Shown here piece by piece: positions 12,106 to 26,263 of a stretch of DNA of 64,000 bases. This DNA is from Octopus sinensis (taxonomy: Eukaryota), in contig NC_043013.1 in assembly GCF_006345805.1 (NCBI RefSeq), positions 22,010,001 through 22,074,000 on the forward strand, read 5' to 3'. The position numbers were made by a program, and so were the translations under genes. Numbering within the stretch: the first letter of the stretch is position 1; every line of letters begins with the position of its first letter. Under the pieces are notes generated by a model. It had not been told where the DNA came from. It made no database searches and was given only the letters and a program-made list of their open reading frames with translations.

Positions 12106-12959
12106 ATTACTACAATATATTAAAGTGTGTTCACCTGTTTTGCAGTATCCTGTTCTGGTTTACAACTCCGAGATACACTTAGGCGATATCAATAATGTTA
12201 AACGTCCTCTGTTCAATATATTCTTTTACAATGGTATGGTATAAACCCAGGATTGACTCTGTCTTTGTATTTGCAATTAACAGATATTGACTCTGTTTTT
12301 TTTTTCTTACATTTAACAGATATTCATTGATTAATTGACGATATTAATCAATTAAGAAGGCTATTTATTATTCACTTCATACAGATTTTATGATCAACAG
12401 TGTTGTTAGTTACAAGGCTTTCATTTAACTAACTTTGACCCACATAATACCTAACAATCAATATTCCTAAACTAAACTCTCATTCGTGAATATTTGGTCG
12501 TTGGATATCGGATATTTTATGTAGTATTTAATGAATGTTGATGAGTCGTCTATTAATCTTTTGTTTTGGATCATTATTCTACTACTAATAAGAAGCTAAG
12601 AATTTGGTCTAGTTTCTTCGAAACTGTTGAATGCCGGCGTGATTTCTCTGTGCATTACGTCAAATGAAAACACCAAATATTTTGAAAGTTGTCAATGCCA
12701 ACACTTTCGATTTTCCTATCTTTTTATCAAAATCTCAATTCGAAAATTCAAATGCTTAGAGGTGGTCGGTTGACCTTTCGGGTTAGTTTCTATTGTTGCC
12801 TGCAAGCCACAAAAACATTAAATTTAATATAAGTAAAAGGAAGATGGACGTTGAAGTTGTACTTGATGAAAATATATAACAGACCCCATGCTGTTATACT
12901 CGCTGCCAGTGCAACAGCAAGAATCTCTCTTTTACAGAGAAAGTAATGAGAAAGAAGCG

Positions 12960-13280
12960 TTAGAGAGAGAGAAGAGCTGCCCGTCGTAACACGCCTCTAC
13001 CATCATGGTTTGTCCTTAGTAAATGATACAAAATAACAAGACGCCGGTTGCATATTGATATTCCTTATCATTATGTGTGTGACAAAGGGATGACTGTTTG
13101 GAAACTACACGTGAGATGAGAAGAGATAATTATTTCAAGACTTTAGTTTCCGAGTCCAAAGCAAGAAGAAATGTTTTATCTGAGGTTGTAATTGTTACAT
13201 GTTGAAGGAGCTCGCATTTTTTGACGATCTTAAAACAGCTGATGGTGTACGATATAAGTTGGCATGAAATAGCTGTCATT
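12960..13280 (+). mobile_element. Helitron Rep/Helicase coding remnant
   Basis: With frameshifts it reads DIPYHYVCDK...W...SRL..SPKQEEMFYLRL*LLHVEGA..FDDLKTADGV, matching the conserved inter-domain segment of RepHel. Confidence 0.7.
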
Positions 13281-13827
13281 ATTTTAATAACGGAAGTGGA
13301 AATATACTTTATTAATGAGTGCGACCCTTTAGTTTCAACTCACAGCAGGAAATGTCACATTTAAGAATTATTGGAATTTTTAAAAGAATGAAAAACGGCA
13401 AAGTCTTTAGATACGAAATTTATTAATGGTTGCTTTCATTGTTTTTGATAAAGTTGTTGGTATTTTTGTGTAGTAGTATAAACATGCATACGCATACACA
13501 GGCAAAAGCACACACACATACACACACGTACATGCACATACATACACACAGACCGGCACGCACACACACATACACAGATATATATATTTATATGTATCAT
13601 CTGGTGATCTTATGCCCTCTCAATCGTTAAGTCGGTACCTTTTCACCCGGAGTATCTTTATAAAGTGTATTGAATAGATACAAACACTTCACTTGTGGAA
13701 TACAATGCCAGCTAATAGTGATAAATCGATACGAAGTTCATCTAATGATTATACTTCATTAAGAAGATAAATTCAAACAAGTAACATCTTGCTCTTGACA
13801 GCCATTTCTACCTAGAAAACAGACAGG

Positions 13828-13858
13828 ATGTTGAGGAGGAATTATCTTCAAATTATTT
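13828..13858 (+). CDS. Candidate first coding exon of PAN unit B (MLRRNYLQII, phase-1 donor)
   Basis: Context is gacaggATG and the donor ATTATTT|gtaagt is a full consensus, phase 1 and so compatible with the PAN exons. A possible acceptor tcttgacag ends at 13801. There is no homology support. Confidence 0.35.
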
Positions 13859-13965
13859 GTAAGTAAATGTTTTATTGTATAATTAATATGCTTTTAATTA
13901 TTGAAGAATTTAGCCATCACGACTGAGACCCCACAAGAACACATTTGTATATATATGTATGTATG

Positions 13966-14037
<72 letters not shown>

Positions 14038-14449
14038 AGTGCAAACAAGGGAGTCAGAGAAAGGCAGAATGCTACTTATATCTGAACACTACTACAGAAA
14101 TATTCTTTTAAAAAAACTTTTCTTCTAATTTTTCTAAATTTAATTATTTAATCGTTACAGTTGAAAAGGTCTCAAAATGACCGAAACCGGTACTGAAAGA
14201 TTCACTATAAAATCATCTTAGCATTTTCTATTTTTGACTTGTTTTTTCATATATATATATATATATATGAGTTCAGAAAAAATTTAGATTCACATGAATA
14301 TGGTACTTAAGTTGAGGGACCAGAATTTAGTACGGTATTATCCATACAATTTCAAAGTAAGGTGATTAAAATCAAAATAAGCAACAAGAATATTCAAAAG
14401 TAATGCAATTTTCTTCTCTCTCTCTATTGTGGTAAAACTTTGGTATATA

Positions 14450-14962
14450 ACGTAAATCCTCGAGTATAATCCGCATTTTTCCCTAAAATCTAAAGGTCAA
14501 AATACCTAGTGCGTACTATATACGAGGTTAAAAATAAAAATTATTTTCTAAGCTATGTCCGAGTTTCTATTTTCTCTCCGGCTATGTTTAATCAGACCTA
14601 TTTTGTGATGTCGGGCGTGAAAATACCTTAAAGTTGAAAGCAATGAAGTCATAAAAGAATCATCCATAAATTACAGTAAGCAACATTTATTAAACGTTAT
14701 TACTGTTATTTCTTTATTTTCTGCAAACAAAATGCACAAAAATACTACAGGTTCGCACTATGTTATATATACAATAATAATAAAGGACGTTACCATATAC
14801 ATTTTTACAAACCAAGGACGTTATATAGACCTCCTTGACTCAAGTTAGAGAAGGAGTGCATATTATACACAAGGTTTAGGTTTTTCAAAGGTACAGCCCC
14901 CCCCCCAAAAAAAAAAACCTGCGTGTTATACTCAAGGACGGACTATACTCGAGGATTTACGG
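14450..14962. mobile_element. Tc1/mariner-superfamily (pogo/Tigger-like) MITE, 513 bp
   Basis: 24-bp TIRs ACGTAAATCCTCGAGTATAATCCG and CGGACTATACTCGAGGATTTACGG match at 22/24 positions, with TA on both flanks. Confidence 0.85.
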
Positions 14963-15939
14963 TACTCCAAATATTCAAAGAAGTTTTATCCTTATGTTAA
15001 ATTTTCATTCTTAATAATCTTGATTACCCTAAATTTTAACTTTATACAATAAGACAATATTGTTTGAAATGATCTTTAGAAATTACTTGATTTATCTCTT
15101 TCTTAAATGGCTCGACCCTCCTGATCTTAGTATTGACAAGGGCCTTTATATAAATAACCCTTCTAAACAAGTACAACTAAGAAACTATAAATATCATGAA
15201 GGAAGTAACAATATTAACTTCTTAAATCTATGATATAACGCTTAATTTATAAAAAAAAGATTAGTATAAAAGATGATTGTTCCGTAACTTAAATATTCAT
15301 TTAGCTGACATCAAACATCAGTCTTTTATTGATATTAGCTAAATAAGTAAATATATAATTTTTAGTCTAATATATTTTGAATTATTATACTTTTTCTAAA
15401 AATCTTCTCTATTGGTGTTAATAAGCTACATATACTTTACCATAGTATTGGTAATTAAGTTATTTTATTCCCTTTTCTATGGTGTTCTGCCCTACCTGAT
15501 CATTTTATTGTATTTCTTTATTATTTTATAATTAGCCTTTATTTATAAAATTAATTCTAATTTTTGTATCTCTATAAATTCATACTATACTGGTATATTC
15601 ATTACTTATAAAAAAAAACTGCTTAGATTATAATTTTCTTTATATATAATTAACATGTTCCTTTGCCTCAATACTCCTTTATTAATACCAGTTTATATCA
15701 ATTAATCAATATTTTATTCACAACTGAGTACCACAAGGAACAATCGTCATGTGACTATATCTTAATAATGTTACATGCAGACGACCCGTTGACACAACAA
15801 GAATTCTCAATGCAGAGAAATGTTTGCGTAACCAAATTCCTGCCAAAATGAAAGACTGCAGTGCGTAGAAACAATTGCAGGGTTTACCAATAAATGTGCC
15901 TTCGTATTCCTTCTTGTTACTCCAACTTATGCAATTATA

Positions 15940-16102
15940 CATGTATGTATGTATGTATGTATATGTGTATGTGTGATTTTATATGTATGCACATATATAT
16001 ACACATGAGTATACATATATATTACAAATGAATATACATATATGTATGTATACATATATTCATACATACACACATACACACATACATACATGCATACATG
16101 CT

Positions 16103-16133
<31 letters not shown>

Positions 16134-16149
16134 GTGTGTATATATATAA

Positions 16150-16215
<66 letters not shown>

Positions 16216-16240
16216 ATATACATATACATATATATATATA
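15940..16240. repeat. (TA)n/(CATA)n compound microsatellite
   Basis: Direct reading. Confidence 0.95.
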
Positions 16241-17390
16241 TCTCTTATTATAAAAGGCAGATTTTATCTGCCTCCCTTTGGGAGTTATAGAAATCTACAA
16301 TATAGGATTTCTTCAATTACAATTTACCTAGCATTTTTAAGAGTAGAATGCATCGCGTCATGCCAGGTCCAGTTTTTAAAATTTAAACTCCAATTAAGCA
16401 AAATTTACAGAAAACTCACATTCTGGTGTGTGTGTCAAATGCTTTTCTTAGTCTGGTTTACACCACATGCAAACGCACACACACAGTGTGCAACGAATAA
16501 AATGATTTGAGGAAGACTAAACTGAAAGTATTTAAACCACTACTCAAAAAATAAAAAAACACAGCAAACAGAAACAAATAAATACATAACCATTTACTCC
16601 TCACACAATTTCTTCAATTAGAATTTACCTAAGATTTTTCAGAGTACTTCAGTGGGTGATGCCATAAAAAATTTCTTTCAATTTTACCACCAATTAAGAC
16701 AAAATTCGAGAAAACTCAATATTTTAACATATCACTCCGAAAGCATTGATGTACATGTGTGCGTGCGTGAGTGTGTGTGTGTCATTCCTCACACACACGC
16801 ATACACATACATATACAACTACATACAACTACATACACATACAACTACATACAAACACGTGTGTGTTTGTTATTAGTAAAAAAGGCGCCAAAACTCAACT
16901 CACTTATCATTCCAACACATTTGCAAAGACACACGGACGGACAGAAAAGGTAAATTGGTTTTTATTTTACTCTGTATATATTTTATTATATAATATTATA
17001 TATAGATATATGTATATATAATTGCAGTATGAAACAGTGTTTATGTATAAACAGACGACACTTATATATAGTTACCAAGCCGCCCGAATTTACCTATTCA
17101 CATTTAAATGAGAATATCAGAGCAAATCTCTTTAGTACATTCGTGAAAACACGTATTATACTTCGTAAACACTTCAACTACAGTTTTGTACAAAAATCGA
17201 AGTGTAATTTTAATTCCGTGAATTATGGGAGATTTTTTTCCGAAATTTGTTCCTATTGTGTTTTCAAAATTTGTAATTCTGACAAAAAATGGATACGAAT
17301 TTCATTATATCAAGCAGCGAGTCAGAATTCGAAGGATTTTCTACTGAAGACCTTCATAAATCTAACTCTATGACTGAAAAAAAAAAAGCA

Positions 17391-17898
<508 letters not shown>

Positions 17899-19696
17899 CA
17901 TACATATATATATAAAATGGGTGAATATTAACATGACCTAAATCTTCTGAACTATGCCTATACCTTGTCCAGTGAGATAAAAATTAATCAGGGATCGTTG
18001 GTTGTCACTAGACTCCACGACACTCACCCTCAGTGTTCGTTGGTTGTCCCTCATTTCCACGACACTCCCGCTCTTGAGATATTGGCTATTTTTATGCCAT
18101 CTCTATTACTTAAATCCAACAAGACTATTTTGAATCGTTGTGTAAAACTCTGTTTGTTTAGTATGGAAGAATTAGTTAATATAAATTTTATGTCGTAACT
18201 CTCTACGACAATTTTCTTTAACTTCTAAATGTACTGTAAATATTAAATGTACGTAAATAAACTAATTTAGTAAATAGTTTCTCTTTCTTCATTTTCTTCA
18301 ACCTGTTAATGAGATTTATTTCTGTATCCATGAAACTGTTATTATAGCGGTGACCTTTCAACATGTACCTTTCAGCGTCTTGGTGTATAATTCATCACGG
18401 TGTTTACGCAACCTGAGTTAAGATTTATGGATTGTGGTAACACTTATTGTTATGTTATAAGTGAATGGTTTATCCCCATAGATTTCTACTCAGTAAACAT
18501 CTATATTTATTATCTTTTCCAAGTCAAAAACATTCTACACCAGATTATCCAACACAACCTTATATATTGGTGGCAAGCCGACGTGGACTTAGAAAAGTCT
18601 ACTCAGGACAATAATCACTCTGTAAATAAGATAGAATCAACCCGTTATAAAAGTGGTGACTCGCCTTTATAAAAAGTGGTTAATTCTACGAACAAGTTAT
18701 ACGTAATACTTTCACTAAAGTCTCTGAAGTGTCTAGAATGTTCTCTTCCAAGAAATACTGATACTTCTTATTTCGTTTGAAACAAATAACATTTCTTTTT
18801 CTTTCTTCCTCTTTTTCTATTTTTGCTCCTCTCTCTTTTTATCTCACCCTCACTCCTCCTACCCCTCTCTCTTCTGTTCCCTCTCTTTCTATCCCTCTAC
18901 AATTTGTCGCTCTCCCTCATTATTTCAATGGGTAATTTTATGGTGATGTAGTGGTGGTCATCGCCGTATTTGTTACTGAATTATGCTTGTAGCACTTTTC
19001 TTTCTTATTCCTTTCATCTTCATTCTTTGTAAATTAATGTTAAACGTGAATATGAAATTTTTCTTCAAAATAAATTTTCGTTGCAGTTCTCTTCTACATC
19101 TCACTGACATTTGGAAATGGACGTAAGTAAATTTATATCAATATATGGACCTATATCTATGAAAATTATGAAAATTACTACTCAAAAATTTTATTTATAA
19201 GTTCAGTGGAGGAAAATATTTTCCTCCTCAAAATAAATTAGTTGGAAAGAAAATTCTAAATTCTGCATTCAATATAAAACAGCCGTATGATGCCGAATTC
19301 GCTTCTGAACATAATTTCCATTGATTATAATTCAGTTTTACGTCAGTTTGTAAGCATTTTGTTAAATAAAACAAAGGGCTGTTATTAGGGGACATTCTTT
19401 ACAACAGACAACCGTTAAACATTATAGTATATAACTTGTGAATCATTTAAATAATAGAATTAATTAAACAACTTTAAAGACTCATTCGCAGTTATTTTCA
19501 TTAAACAGATTATATATCCCAAGATATTTTGTACCTACAATATGGTAGTATCAACTTTCTTCACTTCTTCCTGGTAAAAATATCAATGCTGATCCTCAAA
19601 CATTTAATATTCTATTTCTTTATTATTATCTATTTTCACAATGTTTAATTTTCGTCTTCGTATTTTGGTTGTTAAATTTGCCTGGCTTTGTTACAG

Positions 19697-19954
19697 TTGA
19701 ATATCTGAAGTATTTTATGAAAGTACAACACGCCGGTCTGAAAGATGCCAAAACATTGATGACACTTGATGTGGATGCCTTCAACTGTTCGAAGAGTTGT
19801 TTTGAAACTTCTGCATGTAAATCCTTCGTGAACAGAACGATAAGTCCAAGCTGTATTTTATACGAAGAAGACTCAAAAGAGAGGATGCTAATAAAAATAA
19901 CTAATACCCATTTTTATCAGTTGAGAAGATCTGTGCCGACCAAGTATAGAGACG
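19697..19954 (+). CDS. PAN/Apple-domain internal exon, unit B (258 nt, phase 1-1): EYLKYFMKVQHAGLKDAKTLMTLDVDAFNCSKSCFETSACKSFVNRTISPSCILYEEDSKERMLIKITNTHFYQLRRSVPTKYRD
   Basis: Acceptor is ctttgttacag|TT after a T-rich tract and donor is GACG|gtaaac. It has the C-x3-C-x5-C-x-S-F...C-I-L-Y pattern with a terminal FY strand, and NCS and NRT sequons. Confidence 0.85.
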
Positions 19955-20189
19955 GTAAACAAATTTGAATCTTTTGTGTTTATTTCATTCCTTGACTTGT
20001 ATTCTATGTTTTAGTCCAAAGAGAGACAATACTGTCGGCATCTGAAAAGTCTCCATGGTTTCTCTGGTCAATACATTTTTCGTTTTACCCTCCCAAAATA
20101 CCTTCCTGTGAATATATATTTAAGGAAAAAAACTTTTATATAGTTTCAAAATTATGAAATCCTGAGCCTTGATATGAAAAACAACAACA

Positions 20190-20194
20190 AAAAC

Positions 20195-20273
<79 letters not shown>

Positions 20274-20456
20274 AATAATAGTAATAATAATAATTGTAAT
20301 AACAACAACAACAACAAAAACAAAACAACAACAACAACAACAACAACGACAATGATAACGAAAACGACAACGATAACGATAACGATAACGATAACGATAA
20401 TAATAATAATAATAATAATGATAATCATAATGATAATCATAATCATAATCATAATC

Positions 20457-20493
<37 letters not shown>

Positions 20494-20564
20494 TAATAAT
20501 AATAATAATAATGATAATAATAATAATAATGATAACGATAATAATAATGATAATGATAATAATG

Positions 20565-20637
<73 letters not shown>

Positions 20638-20768
20638 CGATGATGATGATCATGATGATGATCATGATGATGATCATGATGATCACGATGATCATGATGA
20701 TCATGATGATGATCATGATCATGATGATCATCATGATGATCATGATCATGATGATCATGATGGTGATC

Positions 20769-20827
<59 letters not shown>

Positions 20828-20860
20828 TATAATAATAATGATAATAATAATAATAATAAC
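20190..20860. repeat. Large compound trinucleotide array (TAA, CAA, GAT, GATCAT units)
   Basis: Direct reading; it is the source of the 216-aa and 351-aa low-complexity ORFs. Confidence 0.97.
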
Positions 20861-21031
20861 AATATTTTTTTAAGACATTCATTAGTACAACACCAAAAAC
20901 TCCCCCCCAAAAAAAAAATATATGGCACACTAGGCATAACAACAACATGAACTTCCAACCTGTTGTCTCTCGAGGTCTCTCTGTGAGACTTGGAGCCAAC
21001 TTGTACAAATATAAAGCAAAACTCAAACATA

Positions 21032-21033
<2 letters not shown>
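20861..21033 (+). mobile_element. Solo 3' UTR of the Dong element at 28921-32960, inserted in (TAA)n
   Basis: Near-identical to the reverse complement of 28921-29075 (ggcacactaggcataac...tcaaacatagaa), with TAA repeats on both sides. Confidence 0.9.
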
Positions 21034-21119
<86 letters not shown>

Positions 21120-21123
21120 GATG

Positions 21124-21178
<55 letters not shown>

Positions 21179-21179
<1 letters not shown>

Positions 21180-21744
21180 CCCACGAGCCAATCAAAGCTA
21201 AAAAATGATAACATTATCGTAGCACCAAAATGTTTTTGGAAACTAAAAGGAAAACTAAATCAGTATACCAAATCGCTTGTCCTATGGTTAATCTGGAAGC
21301 GCGTCCCCCAGGGAAGAGCCAGCCTGGGATCGAAAAGTCATCAACTGGCACAAACTCTTCTCCGAATACGGACATGGATGGTCACTTGAACGGGAAATCC
21401 CCCAACTCGAGCCCTCCAAGTTCACCACCACAACCACCACAGAAAGAAAAATGTAAGCGGAACAAATGGACCCGAGAAGAGTATAAAGAAGTAATATACG
21501 CTTATTACTATGCATTAGGTAGGCCATCTCAAGAGAGACACACCGCAAACTCTTACAGTATATGGAGAACACGGAATCAAGACAGTAGGCCCTATTTGGT
21601 AACTTAAAAAAAAAAAAAAAAAATGAACGAACTACTGAGTTTGGTTTAATGGCCTACCAATATACACTATGAGTTTCTTTGCCCTAGGAGTCGGGAAGAC
21701 ACTCGGCAAGAAATGGAAGAAAATTTGAAAGAAGAAAAAAAAAA

Positions 21745-21745
<1 letters not shown>
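21179..21745 (+). mobile_element. Dong 5'/N-terminal piece joined to a Dong-type 3' end; candidate internally deleted element
   Basis: KWTREEYKEVIYAYYYA...YSIWR is homologous to the KWTREDNKEVLAAFYHA motif in ORF 32205-32948. The 3' part tttgccctaggagtcgggaagac recurs at 58557. Confidence 0.7.
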
Positions 21746-21790
<45 letters not shown>

Positions 21791-21851
21791 TAATAATGAT
21801 AATGATAATAATAATAATAATGATAATAATGATAATGATAATGATAATAAT

Positions 21852-21886
<35 letters not shown>

Positions 21887-22066
21887 TAATAATAATAATA
21901 ATAATAGTAGTAAGAATAATAATAATAATTATTATTATAATAATAATAATAATAAGAAGAAGAAGAAGACTACTACTACAACAACAACAACAATAAGAAG
22001 AAGAAGAAGAAGAAGAAGAACAACAACAACAACAACAATAATAACAATAATAATAATAATTATTAT

Positions 22067-22242
<176 letters not shown>

Positions 22243-22260
22243 TAATAATAATAATAATAA

Positions 22261-22817
22261 ATGCCCTGATGCAGCACCGGGCAGCGGCTCTCATGGCTTC
22301 TGATCTTAACTGATTGGAAGTTTTATCATGTACGTTGTTTTGTCTTGGTATAAAAGATCGGTTACAGCAAATATTGTGCTCAATACCACAGATTTGCTTG
22401 TCAGTGGTTTCACCTTAACCAGTTGAACATGTCTCTTAGTGGCTGACGATATGCACATCTCTGATCACGAGTAGAAGTAGTGGGGAAGCATCCTAGCCAT
22501 GTGTTGAGAGGGATTCTTTGGGGTTTGAATGATTCACCTCTGAAATCATGGGTGTTTCATTCAACATCCTTAAACAACCCTTAATCAGGGACCTTTTGAG
22601 TGGGATGGGTTACACAACCAGAAGAAAATTCTAACTGGGCCCCACCCGCAAGGTCATGCGCTGTTTATCTTGTTATGAGATCACCATGTCGCGCACATAT
22701 GGTTGTGATGCATGTGCCTGGTGTACCCTTATCAGACGGGTAGTCATGATGGGTATACTGGGCTTCGTATATTTGTACCCGAGTGTCACTTTGATGGCAT
22801 GCGCTGCTCCCTCACTC
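22261..22817 (+). mobile_element. About 557-bp non-coding interspersed element, copy 1, flanked by (TAA)n
   Basis: Colinear with 23066-23624, from atgccctga to gctccctcactc. Orientation is inferred from the TAA tail. Confidence 0.8.
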
Positions 22818-22894
<77 letters not shown>

Positions 22895-22927
22895 CGACGA
22901 CGACAACGACGATGGTGGTGATGGTGG

Positions 22928-22969
<42 letters not shown>

Positions 22970-23065
22970 CATATATTTGCCATAAGGGTGAAGGATGAAT
23001 GGGACAATACAGAGACAAACATAAAGCGTTGGGTGGGGGGGTTATTTGTAATAATGAACCGATAT

Positions 23066-23624
23066 ATGCCCTGACGCAGTGTAGCAGTCAATGGCTCTCA
23101 TGGCTTCTGATCTTCACTGATTGGAAGTGGTATCATGTACATTGTTTTGTCTTGGTATAAAAGACGGGGCCACAGCAAATATTCTGCTCAATGCCACAGA
23201 TTTGCTTGTCAGTTGTTTGACCGTCACCAGTTGAACATGTCCCTTAGTGGCTGACGATATGTGCATCTCTGATCACGAGCAGAAGTAGTGGGGGAGCATC
23301 ATAGTCATGTGTTGAGTGGAATTCTTTGGGGTTTGGATAATTCACTTCTGGAAACATGGGTGTTTCGTTCAACATCCTTAAACCACCTTTATTCAGGGAC
23401 TTTTTGAGCGGGATAGGCTACACAAACTGAAGAAAATTTTAACTGGGCCCCACCTTCAAATCATGCGCTGTTTATCGTGATATGAAATCATCATGTCACG
23501 CACATATAGATGTGATGCATGTGCCTGGTATACACTTGTCAGACGGGTAGTCATGATGGGTATATTGGGCTTCATATATTTGTACCCGAGTGTCACTTTG
23601 ATAGCATGCGCTGCTCCCTCACTC
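23066..23624 (+). mobile_element. About 559-bp non-coding interspersed element, copy 2
   Basis: Same ends as copy 1 and followed by (TAA)n. Confidence 0.8.
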
Positions 23625-23630
23625 AATAAC

Positions 23631-23779
<149 letters not shown>

Positions 23780-25660
23780 CCTCATGAATATGAGAAAGTT
23801 AGGAATGAGTGTGATAACTAAAGTAAGACAAAAGATAAATACTGTCGTGCCATACATCCAGACGGAGGACATAACACATAGAAGGAATCTTCTCCGAGCT
23901 ATTGCGCTACTTGTTGAGGAGAAATTACAATTCAAGAAAACAAAAAGAACCATGGTGGAACGACGCATTGAAAGGGACTTAATGCGGGCATGGCAAGATC
24001 GAGGAAAAATTGAGCAATGGTTAAGAGGAAAGTGAGGAAAAATGGGAAACTGACAGACCGAGAAATATTGGAGAAGAAATATTAAATACGGAAGAACGGG
24101 TTTGATGCAGTAATAGAGCAGTTAAAACAGAAGATCATGGCAAAAAGCCGGAAGATCAGAAGATTTGTGAACAGAAATAAGCAGTTCGAGGAGAACAGAT
24201 TGTTCAAAAATAACCCGAAGCAATTCTTCCGAACGTTAGAAGGAGACAATGGGGAAAATGTTGCTCCTGATGCAAATCAAGCCAAGGAGTTCTGGAGCAG
24301 ATTATGGGGAAACAGTACGGTGCATAAAAGGGATGCAATAAGGATAGGAACTATCAAGACAGAATTACAAGGAGGAAAGAAACAAAGGAATATTGTCATA
24401 AGCACGGGTGATGTGAAAGAACAAGTGGGTAAAGTGTCTAACTGGAAAGCCTCAGGACCAGATGGGATTCATGCCTTTTGGCTGAAGAGATGCCACGCGG
24501 TGCAGGAAAGACTAGCAGTCCAATTGAATGGGTGTGTCCAGAAAGGCACATTCCCGGGTGGATAGTGACTGGGAGGACAACACTTGTAATGAAAGATAGA
24601 AGAAAGGTGAATATTGTGGTAAACTACCGTCTTATAGCATCCTTAAACATAGTCTGGAAGATACTCTCTGGAATATGTGCGGCAAAGACACCCACTTTCC
24701 TGGCACAGGAGTAAATACTTCCAAGGGAATAAAGAGTTCTCAGGGTACCAAGGATCACCTGGTCATCAATAAAATAGTTTTGAGGCATTGTGAAAAACAT
24801 TATACAAACATGTCTATGGCTTGGATAGACTTTAAGAAGGCATATGATACGATGCCTCGTTCTTGGATCATGGAATGCCTACAGATGTTAGGTGTGGCTG
24901 ACAACATCACAAATTTTCTGATGCATAGCATGAAAAAGTGTGAAATCAAATTGTACTCAAGTAATGTATTCCTCGGAGAAGTTAACATTAAAAGTGGGAT
25001 CTTCCAAAGTGACTCGTTTTCTTCGTTACTTTTTGTAATTGCACTGATACCCATAACAATGACACTTTGGAAAATTAAGATGGGTTACCGATGTGGGAAG
25101 AAAGGCCCATCATTGAACCATCTGTTTATGGATGACCTAAAATTGTTTGGGAAATCTGAAAAACAGATGGATTCCTTAACCAAAACAGTCCAGAAGCGTG
25201 GGAGGGACATCGGTATGGAATTTGGGATCACCAAATACTCAGTACTTAATATGAAAAGAGGGAAAACAGTCAGCAGGGGATTGCAGTTGCCATCAGGAGA
25301 GACTATAGGTGAACCTGACAGTTTTGGGAATAGTATAGATATTTAGGGATTTGGGAGCTGGAAGACATTTTACACAGAGAAATGAAGGTCAACGTCAGCG
25401 AAGTGCATCAAAAAAGGGTGAAAATGGTGTTGAAATCCAACCTGAATACCAAAAATTTGATTACCGCAATGAATATCTGGGCAGTTGCGGTGGTTAGATA
25501 TAGTGCATCCATCCTCAAATGGACTAAGGAGGAAATATCAACACTGGATAGAAGGACGAGAAAGTTGATGACGCTGCATGGGGTGCTACACCCTTAAGCA
25601 AACGTAAACAGATTGTATATGAAAAGAAAATTGGTGGCAGAGGATTAATTAGTATAGACC
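23780..25660 (+). mobile_element. R4/Dong LINE, RT region, decayed
   Basis: Translates to NWKASGPDGIHAFWLK, AWIDFKKAYD, GIFQSDSFSSLLF, HLFMDDLKL and WAVAVVRYSA. Confidence 0.92.
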
Positions 25661-25852
25661 AAAGGTTCTCAACGGGGCCATTTGGAGCTCGGTGAGGGCG
25701 TTTTGGATCGAAGGGGCACTAGGGAGGTGTTAAAAAGCTTGGGGCGCTGAAAGACCCTCTTTGATATGTTTAATTTGAAATTAACGAATAGCATCCATAT
25801 TTTCACATCTCTGTGACAGTCACTTCTAAAAGAAAACGTCTTTTATTTCAAA

Positions 25853-26263
25853 CTAGCAGCATAGCCCGGCGTTTCCCGGGTATGTAAGAGCCCCTAGTAG
25901 GCAACGACTAATCCCCATCTAGTCCTTTCCCTCTAGGGAACGAAGGCGCATGTGTAGGTTGCAATGTCTTCTCTTCACTCGAATACTTCTGTGTATACGA
26001 TGTTCCTAGCTGTCGAGTTGTGTCCCCTAGACAGAAAATGTGTTGCATATAAAAAGCTTAGATTCTCGACCCCATGTCGAATTTATCGATTTTTTTCAGA
26101 ACTGGGAGAACTTCTCAAAATTTTCGCTGCGTTAGTTTTGAATTATGACATTGGGCTATGTGTGTGTCAAGTTTCATCAGAATCGGTTGAAAGCCGTGGT
26201 CAGGGTGAGGGTACAACCTGACAGACACACAGACAGACAAACTGCCGTTTATATAGAGAGAGA
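25853..26263 (-). mobile_element. Non-autonomous Helitron, 411 bp
   Basis: The minus strand starts A|TCTCTCTCTATATAAAC, has the hairpin cccgggaaacgccggg, and ends CTAG|T. Confidence 0.85.

Noticed and set aside
15760-15900. Possible Helitron Rep remnant (MLH...VCVTKFLPK)
   Set aside because: Too degenerate to support by eye.
18376-18640. Possible small exons (ATG GAT TGT G|gtaaca; cag|AT-YPTQPYILVASRRGLRKV)
   Set aside because: The frames are bounded by stops or lack a matching splice partner, and there is no homolog in the window.
19549-19696. Hydrophobic in-frame extension upstream of exon 19697 (QCLIFVFVFWLLNLPG) resembling a signal peptide
   Set aside because: There is no in-frame ATG after the stop at 19546, and the stretch is the T-rich polypyrimidine tract of the acceptor.
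20120-21214. Long ORFs of 216, 351 and 173 aa, and similar poly-I, poly-Y, poly-N or YI/CV ORFs across the window
   Set aside because: These are translations of stop-free microsatellite frames.
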